Shown here piece by piece: positions 47,021 through 55,660 of a stretch of DNA of 64,000 nucleotides. Numbering within the stretch: the first letter of the stretch is position 1; the number at the start of each line of letters is the position of its first letter. The notes under the pieces are model-generated. The model saw only the letters and a list, made by a program, of their open reading frames with translations, did no database searches and was not told the origin of the DNA. A program made the position numbers and the translations under genes. Where the stretch lies: the NCBI GenBank assembly GCA_017308255.1, contig JAFKFN010000017.1, forward strand, positions 11,386 through 75,385, in the 5' to 3' direction. The DNA comes from Altererythrobacter sp. Lineage in GTDB: Bacteria; Pseudomonadota; Alphaproteobacteria; Sphingomonadales; Sphingomonadaceae.

Positions 47021-47326
47021 ATGGACACCAAGCTCCTCGCGCGCATCGGCGCCGTGATCTTCATCGCGATCGCGATCACGATGACGGCGATCGAGATGAG
47101 CCGTGCGCCCGAGCCCGCGCGCGAGGCGCCGGCGGTTGTCGCCGATCCCTCGGGGACGATCGACCCACTGCTGATCGAGCTGCGCCGCTGCCAGTCCGTC
47201 GGGGCTTCGGGCGCGAGCGATCCCGACTGCCTGCGCGCCTGGGCCGAGAACCGCCGCCGGTTCCTTGGCGACAGCGCGCGACCCGCCGCCCGCATCGCCG
47301 AAGACGCTTCGGCTCAGGAGAACTGA
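47021..47326 (+). CDS. trbK: TrbK-like entry exclusion protein
   Basis: Between trbJ and trbL; TM anchor, LRRCQ...CLRAWAENRRRFLG. Confidence 0.85.
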   Translation: MDTKLLARIGAVIFIAIAITMTAIEMSRAPEPAREAPAVVADPSGTIDPLLIELRRCQSVGASGASDPDCLRAWAENRRRFLGDSARPAARIAEDASAQEN

Positions 47327-47327
47327 C

Positions 47328-48638
47328 ATGGGCGGCACCGGCGTCGTTGATCGCTTCCTGGACGTTTTCACCCGCTACATCGACAGCGGGTTCGGCCTGC
47401 TCGGCGGCGAAGTAGCGTTCATCGCCACCACGCTGATCGTCATCGACGTTACCTTGGCCGCGCTGTTCTGGACCTGGGGCGAAGGCGACGACATCATCGC
47501 GCGCCTCGTCAAGAAGACCCTGTTCGTCGGCATCTTCGCCTACATCATCGGCAACTGGAACAGCCTGGCGCGGATCGTCTTCGAGAGCTTCGCCGGCCTC
47601 GGCCTGAAAGCGGCCGGCACCGGCTTTACCGCCGCCGAGCTGCTGCAACCAGGCCGCGTCGCGCAAGTCGGTTTGGAAGCTGGCGAACCGATCCTCCAAT
47701 CCATTTCCGACCTGATGGGCTGGGTCGCATTCTTCGAGAATTTCATCCAGATCGCTGTGCTGCTGTTCGCCTGGGTGATGGTCGTCCTCGCCTTCTTCAT
47801 CCTGTCGATCCAGCTTTTCATCACGCTCATTGAATTCAAGCTGGCGACGCTCGCCGGCTTCGTGCTCATCCCGTTCGGCCTGTTCGGTAAGACGGCCTTC
47901 ATGGCCGAACGCGTGCTGGGGCTGGTGATCTCGTCGGGCGTGAAGGTGCTGGTGCTGGCGGTGATCGTCGGCATCGGCTCGACGCTGTTCGACGAGTTTC
48001 GCGCTGGCTTCGGCGGCGCGCAACCAACGATTGAAGACGCGATGGCCATCGCGCTCGCTTCGCTATGCCTGCTCGGCCTCGGCATCTTCGGACCGAGCAT
48101 CGCCAACGGCATCGTCTCTGGCGGTCCTTCGCTGGGCGCAGGCGCCGCGGCAGGAACCGCGCTCGCCGCTGGCGGCGCGCTGGTCGGCGGCGCGGCGGCC
48201 GCCCGCCTTGGCGCTGGCGCGGTCGCGGGTGCCGTTGGAGGCGCGGCGCGCGGCAGCGCCTTCGCCTCGGGAGCGGCGAGCAGCGCCTATGCCCTCGGCT
48301 CGGCCGGTAAGACCGGGGCGGCCGCGGCAGCGGGCGGCGCGGCCGGCGTCGGCAAGGCTGCCGTCGGCGCCGCCCTCTCGCCGCTCAGGAAGGCGGCAGC
48401 CTCGCTCAAGGACAGCTACCGCTCGGGCGGACGCGCCGCCGTCACAGCGACCGGCGGGACCATCTCGGGCGGCGCGGCGGCCCCGTCGCCGGAGGCGTCC
48501 GGCGGCTCGCCCGCTTGGGCCGCCGCGATGAAGCGCCGTCAGACCATGACCCACGCCGCGACCGTCGCCGCCCACACGCTGCGCTCGGGCGACGGCGGCG
48601 GCAACGGCGCATCGGTCGATGTCAGCCAGAAGGATTGA
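47328..48638 (+). CDS. trbL: TrbL/VirB6
   Basis: FLDVFTRYIDSGFGLL, IEFKLATLAGF, Ala/Gly-rich tail. Confidence 0.95.
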   Translation: MGGTGVVDRFLDVFTRYIDSGFGLLGGEVAFIATTLIVIDVTLAALFWTWGEGDDIIARLVKKTLFVGIFAYIIGNWNSLARIVFESFAGLGLKAAGTGFTAAELLQPGRVAQVGLEAGEPILQSISDLMGWVAFFENFIQIAVLLFAWVMVVLAFFILSIQLFITLIEFKLATLAGFVLIPFGLFGKTAFMAERVLGLVISSGVKVLVLAVIVGIGSTLFDEFRAGFGGAQPTIEDAMAIALASLCLLGLGIFGPSIANGIVSGGPSLGAGAAAGTALAAGGALVGGAAAARLGAGAVAGAVGGAARGSAFASGAASSAYALGSAGKTGAAAAAGGAAGVGKAAVGAALSPLRKAAASLKDSYRSGGRAAVTATGGTISGGAAAPSPEASGGSPAWAAAMKRRQTMTHAATVAAHTLRSGDGGGNGASVDVSQKD

Positions 48639-48641
48639 TCC

Positions 48642-49325
48642 ATGTTCAAGCGACCCTCCATCCGCTACGGCCAAACGCCCGAACCGACCACGCCCTACCA
48701 GCGCGCGGCGCAGGTATGGGACGACCGGATCGGCTCAGCCCGCGTCCAGGCGAAGAACTGGCGGCTCGCCTTCTTCGGCGCGCTGGCGCTGTCGGGCGGA
48801 CTTACCGCTGGCCTCGTCTGGCAGTCGGCACGCGGGCACATCGTCCCTTGGGTCGTGCAGGTCGACCGGCTCGGCGAAGCGCAGGCGGTCGCGCCGGCTG
48901 AGGCCGGCTACCGCCCGACCGATCCGCAGGTCGCATTCCATCTCGCGCGATTCATCGAACAGGTCAGGAGCATCCCGGCCGATCCGGTCATCGTGCGGCA
49001 AAATTGGCTCCGCGCTTACGACTTCACGACCGATCGCGGCGCACTGGCGCTCAACGACTACGCGCGCGCCAACGACCCGTTCGCCGATGTCGGCCGGGTG
49101 CAGGTCGCGGTGGATGTCTCCAGCGTCATCCGCGCCTCGCCCGACAGCTTCCGCGTCGCCTGGACCGAGCGCCGCTATCAGGACGGCAGCCTCACCGCGA
49201 CCGAGCGGTGGTCGGCGATCCTCACCGTCGTCGTGCAACCGCCGCGCACACCCGACGCCCTGCGCAAGAATCCGCTCGGCGTCTTCGTCAACGCCCTCAA
49301 CTGGTCGAAGGAGCTGTCGCAATGA
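48642..49325 (+). CDS. trbF: TrbF/VirB8
   Basis: YQRAAQVWDDRIGSARVQAKNWR, KNPLGVFV. Confidence 0.96.
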   Translation: MFKRPSIRYGQTPEPTTPYQRAAQVWDDRIGSARVQAKNWRLAFFGALALSGGLTAGLVWQSARGHIVPWVVQVDRLGEAQAVAPAEAGYRPTDPQVAFHLARFIEQVRSIPADPVIVRQNWLRAYDFTTDRGALALNDYARANDPFADVGRVQVAVDVSSVIRASPDSFRVAWTERRYQDGSLTATERWSAILTVVVQPPRTPDALRKNPLGVFVNALNWSKELSQ

Positions 49326-50338
49326 CCGCCAGTCCGTTTCGCAGTGCCGCATCGGCGGCGCTGCTCGTCTCCGCATCCGCGCTCGCCGGCTGCGCCACCA
49401 CGTCGGCGAAGCCGCCCGTCATCACCTTTGACGATCCGCCGGCCGAGATCGCCGCCACGCCCGCACCGGAGCCGCCGCGCGCCGTTGAGGTGGTTGCGAT
49501 CCCCGAGCCGTTGCCGCTGCCCGGCCAGTTGAAGCCGGTGACGGATGCGCCTCGTGCGCCGGAGCCATCCGATCCCCGCCAGCGCGTCGGCGCGGCTAAC
49601 GCCGCCGCGCGCGTGCAGCCGGTGCGCGACGGCTTCCTCAACGCCATCCAGCAATATCCGTGGACGGATGGGGCGCTCTATCAGGTCTATACGGCGCCCG
49701 GACAGGTGACGGACATTGCCTTGCAAGAAGGCGAGCAGCTTGTGGGGCCGGGCCCGGTCGCGGCCGGCGATACCGTTCGCTGGATCATCGGCGACACCAT
49801 CAGCGGCAGCGGGCCGGCCGCGCGGGTGCATATCCTCGTAAAGCCGACCCGGCCGGACCTCGCCACCAACCTCGTCATCAACACCGACCGGCGCACCTAC
49901 CACCTAGAGCTGCGGGCCACGGCCGCGACCTACATGGCGTCGGTGTCGTGGACCTATCCGCAAGAGGCGCTGATTGCGTTGCAGGGCCTCAACGCTCTTG
50001 CCACGTCCGCCGCGCCGGTGGCGAGGGACGTGGACGTGTCCGCGCTCAACTTCCGCTACCGCATCGACGGCGACCGGGCGCCGTGGCGTCCGGCGCGGGC
50101 GTTCGACGACGGGCGGCAGGTCTTCATCGAGTTTCCGGCCGGGATCTCGCAGGGCGAGATGCCGCCGCTGTTTGTCACCGGCGCGGCTGGCGACGCCGAG
50201 CTGGTCAATTATCGCGTGCAAGGCCGCTACATGGTGGTCGATCGCCTGTTTGCGGCCGCCGAACTGCGGCTGGGCGATCAGCGCAGCGACCAGCGCGTCC
50301 GCATCGTGCGCGACGATGGACGGCGGGGGCGGCCGTGA
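49322..50338 (+). CDS. trbG: TrbG/VirB9
   Basis: Lipobox LAGC, AAGDTVRW, NLVINTDRRTYH, NYRVQG. Confidence 0.95.
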   Translation: MTASPFRSAASAALLVSASALAGCATTSAKPPVITFDDPPAEIAATPAPEPPRAVEVVAIPEPLPLPGQLKPVTDAPRAPEPSDPRQRVGAANAAARVQPVRDGFLNAIQQYPWTDGALYQVYTAPGQVTDIALQEGEQLVGPGPVAAGDTVRWIIGDTISGSGPAARVHILVKPTRPDLATNLVINTDRRTYHLELRATAATYMASVSWTYPQEALIALQGLNALATSAAPVARDVDVSALNFRYRIDGDRAPWRPARAFDDGRQVFIEFPAGISQGEMPPLFVTGAAGDAELVNYRVQGRYMVVDRLFAAAELRLGDQRSDQRVRIVRDDGRRGRP

Positions 50339-51552
50339 GCGACCCGATCGACACTTCAGCCACCGATCCCGCCGCGTCGCGCTCCGATTCCCGAGCTTTC
50401 CAGCTTCGCGGGAACGCGCCGCGCGTAATGCGGCTGTCGCGAAAGGCGCTCGCTGTCGTTGGCGTCGCCGCCGGCCTCGGCATCGGCGGTTCGCTGATTT
50501 ATGCGCTGCGGCCGCCCGGCGAGAAGGCCGCGCAGGAACTCTATAACACCGACAGCCGCGCCACGGCCGAGACCATCACGTCGGGGCCGCGCGACTACGC
50601 GCAGGCGCCGCGGCTCGGCCCGCCGCTCCCCGGCGACCTCGGCGGGCCGATCGTGGCGGCGCAGCAGCGCGGGGACGCCGTGCCCGTGCCACCGATCGGC
50701 GCGCAGCCGGGACAACCCGATCCCCGCGTTCATTCCTCCGAAGCCGCCCGTCAGCGCGCGCAACAAGAGCGCGACGCGGCCCGCACGAGTTCGGTCTTCC
50801 TCGGCAGCGGCGGGGACGCGGCCTCCCCATCGGCTCCGGCACTGCCCGGCATTGCCGCGCCAAGCCCGGCGGCTCCAGCGACGACCGATACTGCGGCGCA
50901 AGGCGATCAGGCCGCGAAGCGTGCCTTCATGGCGCAAACGCCCAACCAGCGCACGGTCAGCGTCGAGCGGCTGACGGCCCCGGCATCCCCCAACATCGTG
51001 CAGGCCGGCAGCATCATACCGGCCGCGCTCATCACCGGCGTCCGTTCCGACTTGCCCGGCCAGATCACCGCCCAGGTGACCGCCAACGTCTATGACAGCC
51101 CAACCGGGCGCATCCTGCTCATCCCGCAGGGTGCGCGGCTAATCGGCGAGTACGACAGCGAGATCGCCGCCGGGCAGACCCGCGTGCTGCTCGCCTGGGT
51201 TCGGCTCATCATGCCGGACGGGCGCTCGATCGTTCTCGAGCGCCAGCCCGGCGCGGACGGAGCGGGGTTCGCGGGCCTACAGGACCGCGTGAACCAGCAT
51301 TGGGGCAATCTCCTCAAGGCGGCGGCCGTCTCGACGCTGCTCGGCGTCGGCGCCGAGCTTGGAGCGGATAGTGAGGACGACTTGACCCGCGCGCTGCGGC
51401 GGGGCTCGCAGGACACCATCAACCAGACCGGCCAGCAGATCGTGCGACGGCAGCTCAATGTGCAGCCCACGCTCACTATCCGGCCGGGCCACCCGCTGCG
51501 CGTGGTCCTGACCCGCGACCTGGTCCTTGAACCGATTGGAGTGACACGATGA
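50335..51552 (+). CDS. trbI: TrbI/VirB10
   Basis: GSIIPAALITG-RSDLPGQI, DRVNQHW, PTLTIRPG. Confidence 0.96.
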   Translation: MSDPIDTSATDPAASRSDSRAFQLRGNAPRVMRLSRKALAVVGVAAGLGIGGSLIYALRPPGEKAAQELYNTDSRATAETITSGPRDYAQAPRLGPPLPGDLGGPIVAAQQRGDAVPVPPIGAQPGQPDPRVHSSEAARQRAQQERDAARTSSVFLGSGGDAASPSAPALPGIAAPSPAAPATTDTAAQGDQAAKRAFMAQTPNQRTVSVERLTAPASPNIVQAGSIIPAALITGVRSDLPGQITAQVTANVYDSPTGRILLIPQGARLIGEYDSEIAAGQTRVLLAWVRLIMPDGRSIVLERQPGADGAGFAGLQDRVNQHWGNLLKAAAVSTLLGVGAELGADSEDDLTRALRRGSQDTINQTGQQIVRRQLNVQPTLTIRPGHPLRVVLTRDLVLEPIGVTR

Positions 51553-51773
51553 CGAAGTTGAAGCTGGGGCCGCTCGCCGACGACCGCCCCGCCAAGCTGA
51601 CGGTCGAACTGCCCGCCGCTGTTCACCGCGATCTTGTCGCCTACGCCGCCGCGCTCGCGGCCGAGACCGGCGGGGAGGCCGTGACGCCAGAGAAGTTGGT
51701 CGCGCCGATGCTCGCGCGTTTCATGGCGAGCGACCGTGGCTTCGCGCGTGGCCGGCGTAGCGCGAAAGGCTGA
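51549..51773 (+). CDS. DUF2274 family protein
   Basis: KLKLGPLADDRPAKLTVELPA...PMLARFMASDRGF. Confidence 0.9.
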   Translation: MTKLKLGPLADDRPAKLTVELPAAVHRDLVAYAAALAAETGGEAVTPEKLVAPMLARFMASDRGFARGRRSAKG

Positions 51774-51787
51774 GCGCCCCGCCAGGG

Positions 51788-52093
51788 TCAGTTGCCGAGG
51801 AAGCGCTTGCGGCGTTCAGCGGCATCGGCCTTGATGATCGCTTCCTCGGCTGTGGCGCATTCACCACCACGAACCGAGCCGTCACGGCACCCGGTCACGA
51901 CCTGCCGCGCCTCCTCGATATGCGCCACGAAATACTGCGTGCCGCGGGCTTCGGCCGATGTCGGCGCAGGCGCCGGGCTGGTAGCCGCCACCGTTTGCGG
52001 CGCTGGAGCGATGATCGGCCGAAGGACGAACCCTCCGGCAAACCCGATGATCAACGCGACGAGCACGATGATGAGTGTCTTGCCTTGAAACAT
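51788..52093 (-). CDS. EexN/TrbK-like membrane-anchored two-Cys protein
   Basis: SD GGAGG; TM segment, Pro linker, YFVAHIEEAR...C-x9-C...RRKRFLG. Confidence 0.7.
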   Translation of the reverse strand: MFQGKTLIIVLVALIIGFAGGFVLRPIIAPAPQTVAATSPAPAPTSAEARGTQYFVAHIEEARQVVTGCRDGSVRGGECATAEEAIIKADAAERRKRFLGN

Positions 52094-52124
52094 GACATCA
52101 ACCTCCAACGAGGAATAATATTGC

Positions 52125-53042
52125 TTAATTCGCTGAAATATTAAAGGATAACGCAAAGCGCGTCTTGATGAATTCAAGAAAGCGTCGCAAAGCTGGATTG
52201 CGGTTGTCGTCACGCCAATATCCCGAATAGCCAGTGAGCGCTGGGCCTTGTTCGCCATGTATTGGTCGATAGACGACATCAGGGTAGTGCGCGCCCGTCG
52301 AACCCTCGCAGACGAGGCTCACGGCGGAGCCGCCGCCGAGGATGCTCAGGATCGTCTCCCGGCTCGCTTGGTGCATCCGAATGTCTGGTTTTGCGCCGGA
52401 CACAGCCAACCGCCCAAATAGCAAGTCACGCATCTCCGGGCCGGGATCGGCAACAGGCATTAGGAACCGCTCGTTTCGGAGATCCGTCCAGTGAACTACC
52501 TGGAGCTCGGTAAGGGGATGCGCGGCGGGCAGCGCGATAAGCATCCGCTCGCTCCACAACGCTTGGCAGCGGAAGCCGTCATGGATGGCCGTACCCATCA
52601 GGATTGCGATGTCGATCGCGCCAGTATCGAGACCGGCGACGAGAACTCGGCGATCCGCTTCCACGCACTCGACTTCAACGTCGGGATGCGCGTCGCGCCA
52701 GCTCATCATCGTGGCACGCAGGTTGCCGGCCGAAACTGAGCAGTTATGTCCCAGCCGCAGTCCGCCAGCACGACCCTGGCCGGCCGCCCGCATCATCGCG
52801 ACGAGCTTATCCGCCGTAGCGACCATCGACTTGGCGCCACGAAGGAATGCGCTGCCCGCCGATGTGGTGGTAACTCCCGCGCGCGAGCGCTCAAAAATCG
52901 GCATACCGATGGCGCGCTCCAGCTTCGAGATGTTTCTACTCAGTGTCGATTGCTCGATGTCAAGCGCGCGGGCCGCGCGATAGAAGCTTCCATGATCCGC
53001 CGCCGCGATGGCGTAGCGAAGTTGACGAATGTTGAAAGCCAA
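52125..53042 (-). CDS. LysR-family regulator
   Basis: IRQLRYAIAAADHGSF..AA..L.IEQSTLSRNISKLE HTH; TTG start with SD GGAGG. Confidence 0.93.
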   Translation of the reverse strand: MAFNIRQLRYAIAAADHGSFYRAARALDIEQSTLSRNISKLERAIGMPIFERSRAGVTTTSAGSAFLRGAKSMVATADKLVAMMRAAGQGRAGGLRLGHNCSVSAGNLRATMMSWRDAHPDVEVECVEADRRVLVAGLDTGAIDIAILMGTAIHDGFRCQALWSERMLIALPAAHPLTELQVVHWTDLRNERFLMPVADPGPEMRDLLFGRLAVSGAKPDIRMHQASRETILSILGGGSAVSLVCEGSTGAHYPDVVYRPIHGEQGPALTGYSGYWRDDNRNPALRRFLEFIKTRFALSFNISAN

Positions 53043-53055
53043 CGGACCCTCCGCC

Positions 53056-54312
53056 TCACTTTTTATCAGGCGTCGGGTCCTGTTTCTGTCTTCGAAGCAC
53101 GAGCAAGAGGCCGAGCAGCGCAACGCCGGCAAAGGCGGCCCCCGATGCAAAGGTGGCCCGCGCACCGAACTCCTGCCACAGCAAGCCGGCAAGCGCGCTG
53201 GCCGCGAGCAGCACGATCCCGGTCACCAGATTGAAGATGCCGAACGCGGTTCCCCTGAGCGCCGGGGGCGCGTAGTCCGCGATGAGCGCGGAGAAGAGCC
53301 CCTGGGTAAGCCCCATGTACATGCCCCACAGCCCTGCACCGACGAGCGCGCCCGCGATCGTGCCCCAGAAGCCGAGAACAAGGTCGGCGCCGATCAGTAC
53401 CAAGAGCCCGGCCGCGAGCACCCATCTGCGGTCGATGCGGTCGGATAGCTCGCCGGCCGGCGTCGCGACCAGCGCATAAATGACATTCATGACCACCATG
53501 ATCAGCGGCACGAACGCCGCCGTCAGGCCAACATCGCTCGCGCGCAGGACGAGAAAGGCCTCACTGAATCGCGCCATCGTGAAGACCGCGCCGATCCCGA
53601 CCACCAGCCAGAAACCGGAGCCGATCTGCCGCACGTCCGCCAGCCGGATCGGAGTGCGGGCGCGCTTCTCGGCGAGATGAGCCGGCTCCTCGACGCCGAG
53701 AATGAGCAGCAGGATTGCGATCGCGCCTGGCACGATCGCCCACCAGAACACCGCGCGGATGTCGCCTGCCAGCAGTGCCATCAGGCCGATCGCCAGCAGC
53801 GGTCCCGCAAAGGCGCCGACCGTGTCCAGCGTCTGGCGCAGGCCATAGGCCGCGCCGCGCATGTCGGCGGTGACGATGTCGGCAACCAGCGCGTCGCGCG
53901 GAGCGCCGCGGATGCCCTTGCCGATCCGGTCGACGAACCGGGCGCCGAGGACCTCGACCGGCGTTGCCGCAAGCGGGAAGATCGGCTTGGTGAGTGCGCC
54001 GAGGCCATAGCCGATCACTGCGAGGAGCTTGCGCTTGCCGAGCTTGTCGCTCAGCCAGCCGGAGAAGACCTTGGTGATGGACGCGGTCGCCTCGGCGATG
54101 CCTTCGATGAGCCCGACGACGGTCGTTGACGCGCCTAACGTCCCGACCAGGAAGACCGGCAGCAGGCTGTGGATCATCTCGGATGAGACATCCATGAACA
54201 TGGCGACGAGCCCGAGCGCCCACACGCCGCGCGGCAGGCGCCAGATTCCCCGGCCGAGGGCTTCGGTCGCTGCGTCTGCGGGCGCCGTCTGAGCTCTTTC
54301 TTCCTCGGTCAT
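53056..54312 (-). CDS. MFS transporter (MJ1317-like subgroup)
   Basis: FMDVSSEMIHSLLP, GWLSDKLGKRK, DRIGKGIRGAPRDAL. Confidence 0.92.
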   Translation of the reverse strand: MTEEERAQTAPADAATEALGRGIWRLPRGVWALGLVAMFMDVSSEMIHSLLPVFLVGTLGASTTVVGLIEGIAEATASITKVFSGWLSDKLGKRKLLAVIGYGLGALTKPIFPLAATPVEVLGARFVDRIGKGIRGAPRDALVADIVTADMRGAAYGLRQTLDTVGAFAGPLLAIGLMALLAGDIRAVFWWAIVPGAIAILLLILGVEEPAHLAEKRARTPIRLADVRQIGSGFWLVVGIGAVFTMARFSEAFLVLRASDVGLTAAFVPLIMVVMNVIYALVATPAGELSDRIDRRWVLAAGLLVLIGADLVLGFWGTIAGALVGAGLWGMYMGLTQGLFSALIADYAPPALRGTAFGIFNLVTGIVLLAASALAGLLWQEFGARATFASGAAFAGVALLGLLLVLRRQKQDPTPDKK

Positions 54313-55103
54313 GGCGTTTCTCGATCCTGCGTGGTCTCTGCCGGCGTGCTCTCGATCTCACCTGTCTTTTGAAAGCGCAGCGCGACGATCCTGCACCCGA
54401 TCGCCCAGGCGGCGCCAAGCGTCCAGCCGGCAAGCACGTCGGTCGGCCAATGGACACCCAGATAGACGCGGCTCACGCCGACTGCGATGGTGACGAACAC
54501 CGCTAGCGCCAACAGGTACACCTTCACCTGCCTGTCGGGTTGAAAGCGGGCCAGCAGCAATCCGAGGGTCAGATAGGTGATCGCGGCCATCGCCGAATGG
54601 CCGCTTGGAAAGCTCGCCGAATAGACCACCGTCTCGTGCGGGACGAGTTCGGGCCTTGGCCGATTGAAGCCGTGCTTGAGCAGCGTGCTGAGCAACTGGC
54701 CGCCTGCCACCGACAAGAGGACGAACCACATCGCGCGCGGCTGACGCCGAAGCGCCAGGAAACCGGCAGCGGATAGCGTGATCAGCGTCAGCACGGCCAC
54801 GCCGCCAAGAGCCGTGAAATCCCGCGCCATTTCCTCGACCCAGGGAGGGCCGACCGGGTCCGACAAGTCCGCATGTTCGCGCAGCGCCAGCAGGATCGCC
54901 CGGTCCAACGCCTGCGTGTGCCCCTTCAGCATCTCCTCCGCGGTCTTGATGAAGCCGGCCACCGCGGCGACGAGCAGCGCGACGCTCGCCAGCGTCCCGG
55001 TCTTGGTACGGCCCAGCCGCAGGACGGCGTCCACGGCGAGCCGCGCGACGGGCTCGGGAAGGAGCCTGCGGAGCCTCTCCGCGCCTGGCAGCCACGCCTT
55101 CAA
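54309..55103 (-). CDS. PAP2 phosphatase (multi-TM, LpxE/BcrC-like)
   Basis: K-x6-RP (KHGFNRPRP), FPSGH, SRVYLGVHWPTD; TTG start overlaps the upstream stop. Confidence 0.92.
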   Translation of the reverse strand: MKAWLPGAERLRRLLPEPVARLAVDAVLRLGRTKTGTLASVALLVAAVAGFIKTAEEMLKGHTQALDRAILLALREHADLSDPVGPPWVEEMARDFTALGGVAVLTLITLSAAGFLALRRQPRAMWFVLLSVAGGQLLSTLLKHGFNRPRPELVPHETVVYSASFPSGHSAMAAITYLTLGLLLARFQPDRQVKVYLLALAVFVTIAVGVSRVYLGVHWPTDVLAGWTLGAAWAIGCRIVALRFQKTGEIESTPAETTQDRETP

Positions 55104-55648
55104 AACCGGGCTCCCACCGCGATGCCCGCGCCATGGGTGTCGCCCCACGGCAGCAGGATGACTCGATCGTCGCGCGGGGAAGTCAGAAGAAAGGCGGACC
55201 CTTCTCCGATCGCGGCGCCCGCCACCACGTCGTACCAGTGATGCTTGCGCGCTTCGACGCGCGAGAAGCCGACAAAGCCTGCGGCCACTGTCGCGGGCAG
55301 GCCCCATTGCCAGCCGTAGCGCTGGTGCAGATAGCCGGCGGCGGCGAAGGCCGTCGATGCGTGACCGGATGGGAGGGACCGGCGATCCGAGCCGTCGGGC
55401 CGGGTCTCCGGGAAGGCCCGCTTGAGAATCTGCGTCGTGCCCGTTGCCGCGCCGACGCTGAGGCCGAGATGGGCGGCGCCATTCCAATCTTCGTCGGCCA
55501 CCGACTTGCCAAGCGCCAGCCCAACCAGACTCCACTCAACCGCAGTGCCGGCAGTGTCCCAGTCGTCCGCCTTCGCCGCGGCCGGAGCCGGCAGCCATGC
55601 CACCCCTGTAAAGGCTGCGATGATGAGCATCGGTCGCATGGTCTGCAT
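55100..55648 (-). CDS. PAP2 phosphatase with signal peptide (LpxE/LpxF-like)
   Basis: KRAFPETRP, LPSGH, SRVEARKHHWYD. Confidence 0.9.
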   Translation of the reverse strand: MQTMRPMLIIAAFTGVAWLPAPAAAKADDWDTAGTAVEWSLVGLALGKSVADEDWNGAAHLGLSVGAATGTTQILKRAFPETRPDGSDRRSLPSGHASTAFAAAGYLHQRYGWQWGLPATVAAGFVGFSRVEARKHHWYDVVAGAAIGEGSAFLLTSPRDDRVILLPWGDTHGAGIAVGARF

Positions 55649-55660
55649 GTCAGTTTTCCT

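Noticed and set aside
48100-48620. Ala/Gly low-complexity tract
   Set aside because: Normal TrbL C-terminal region
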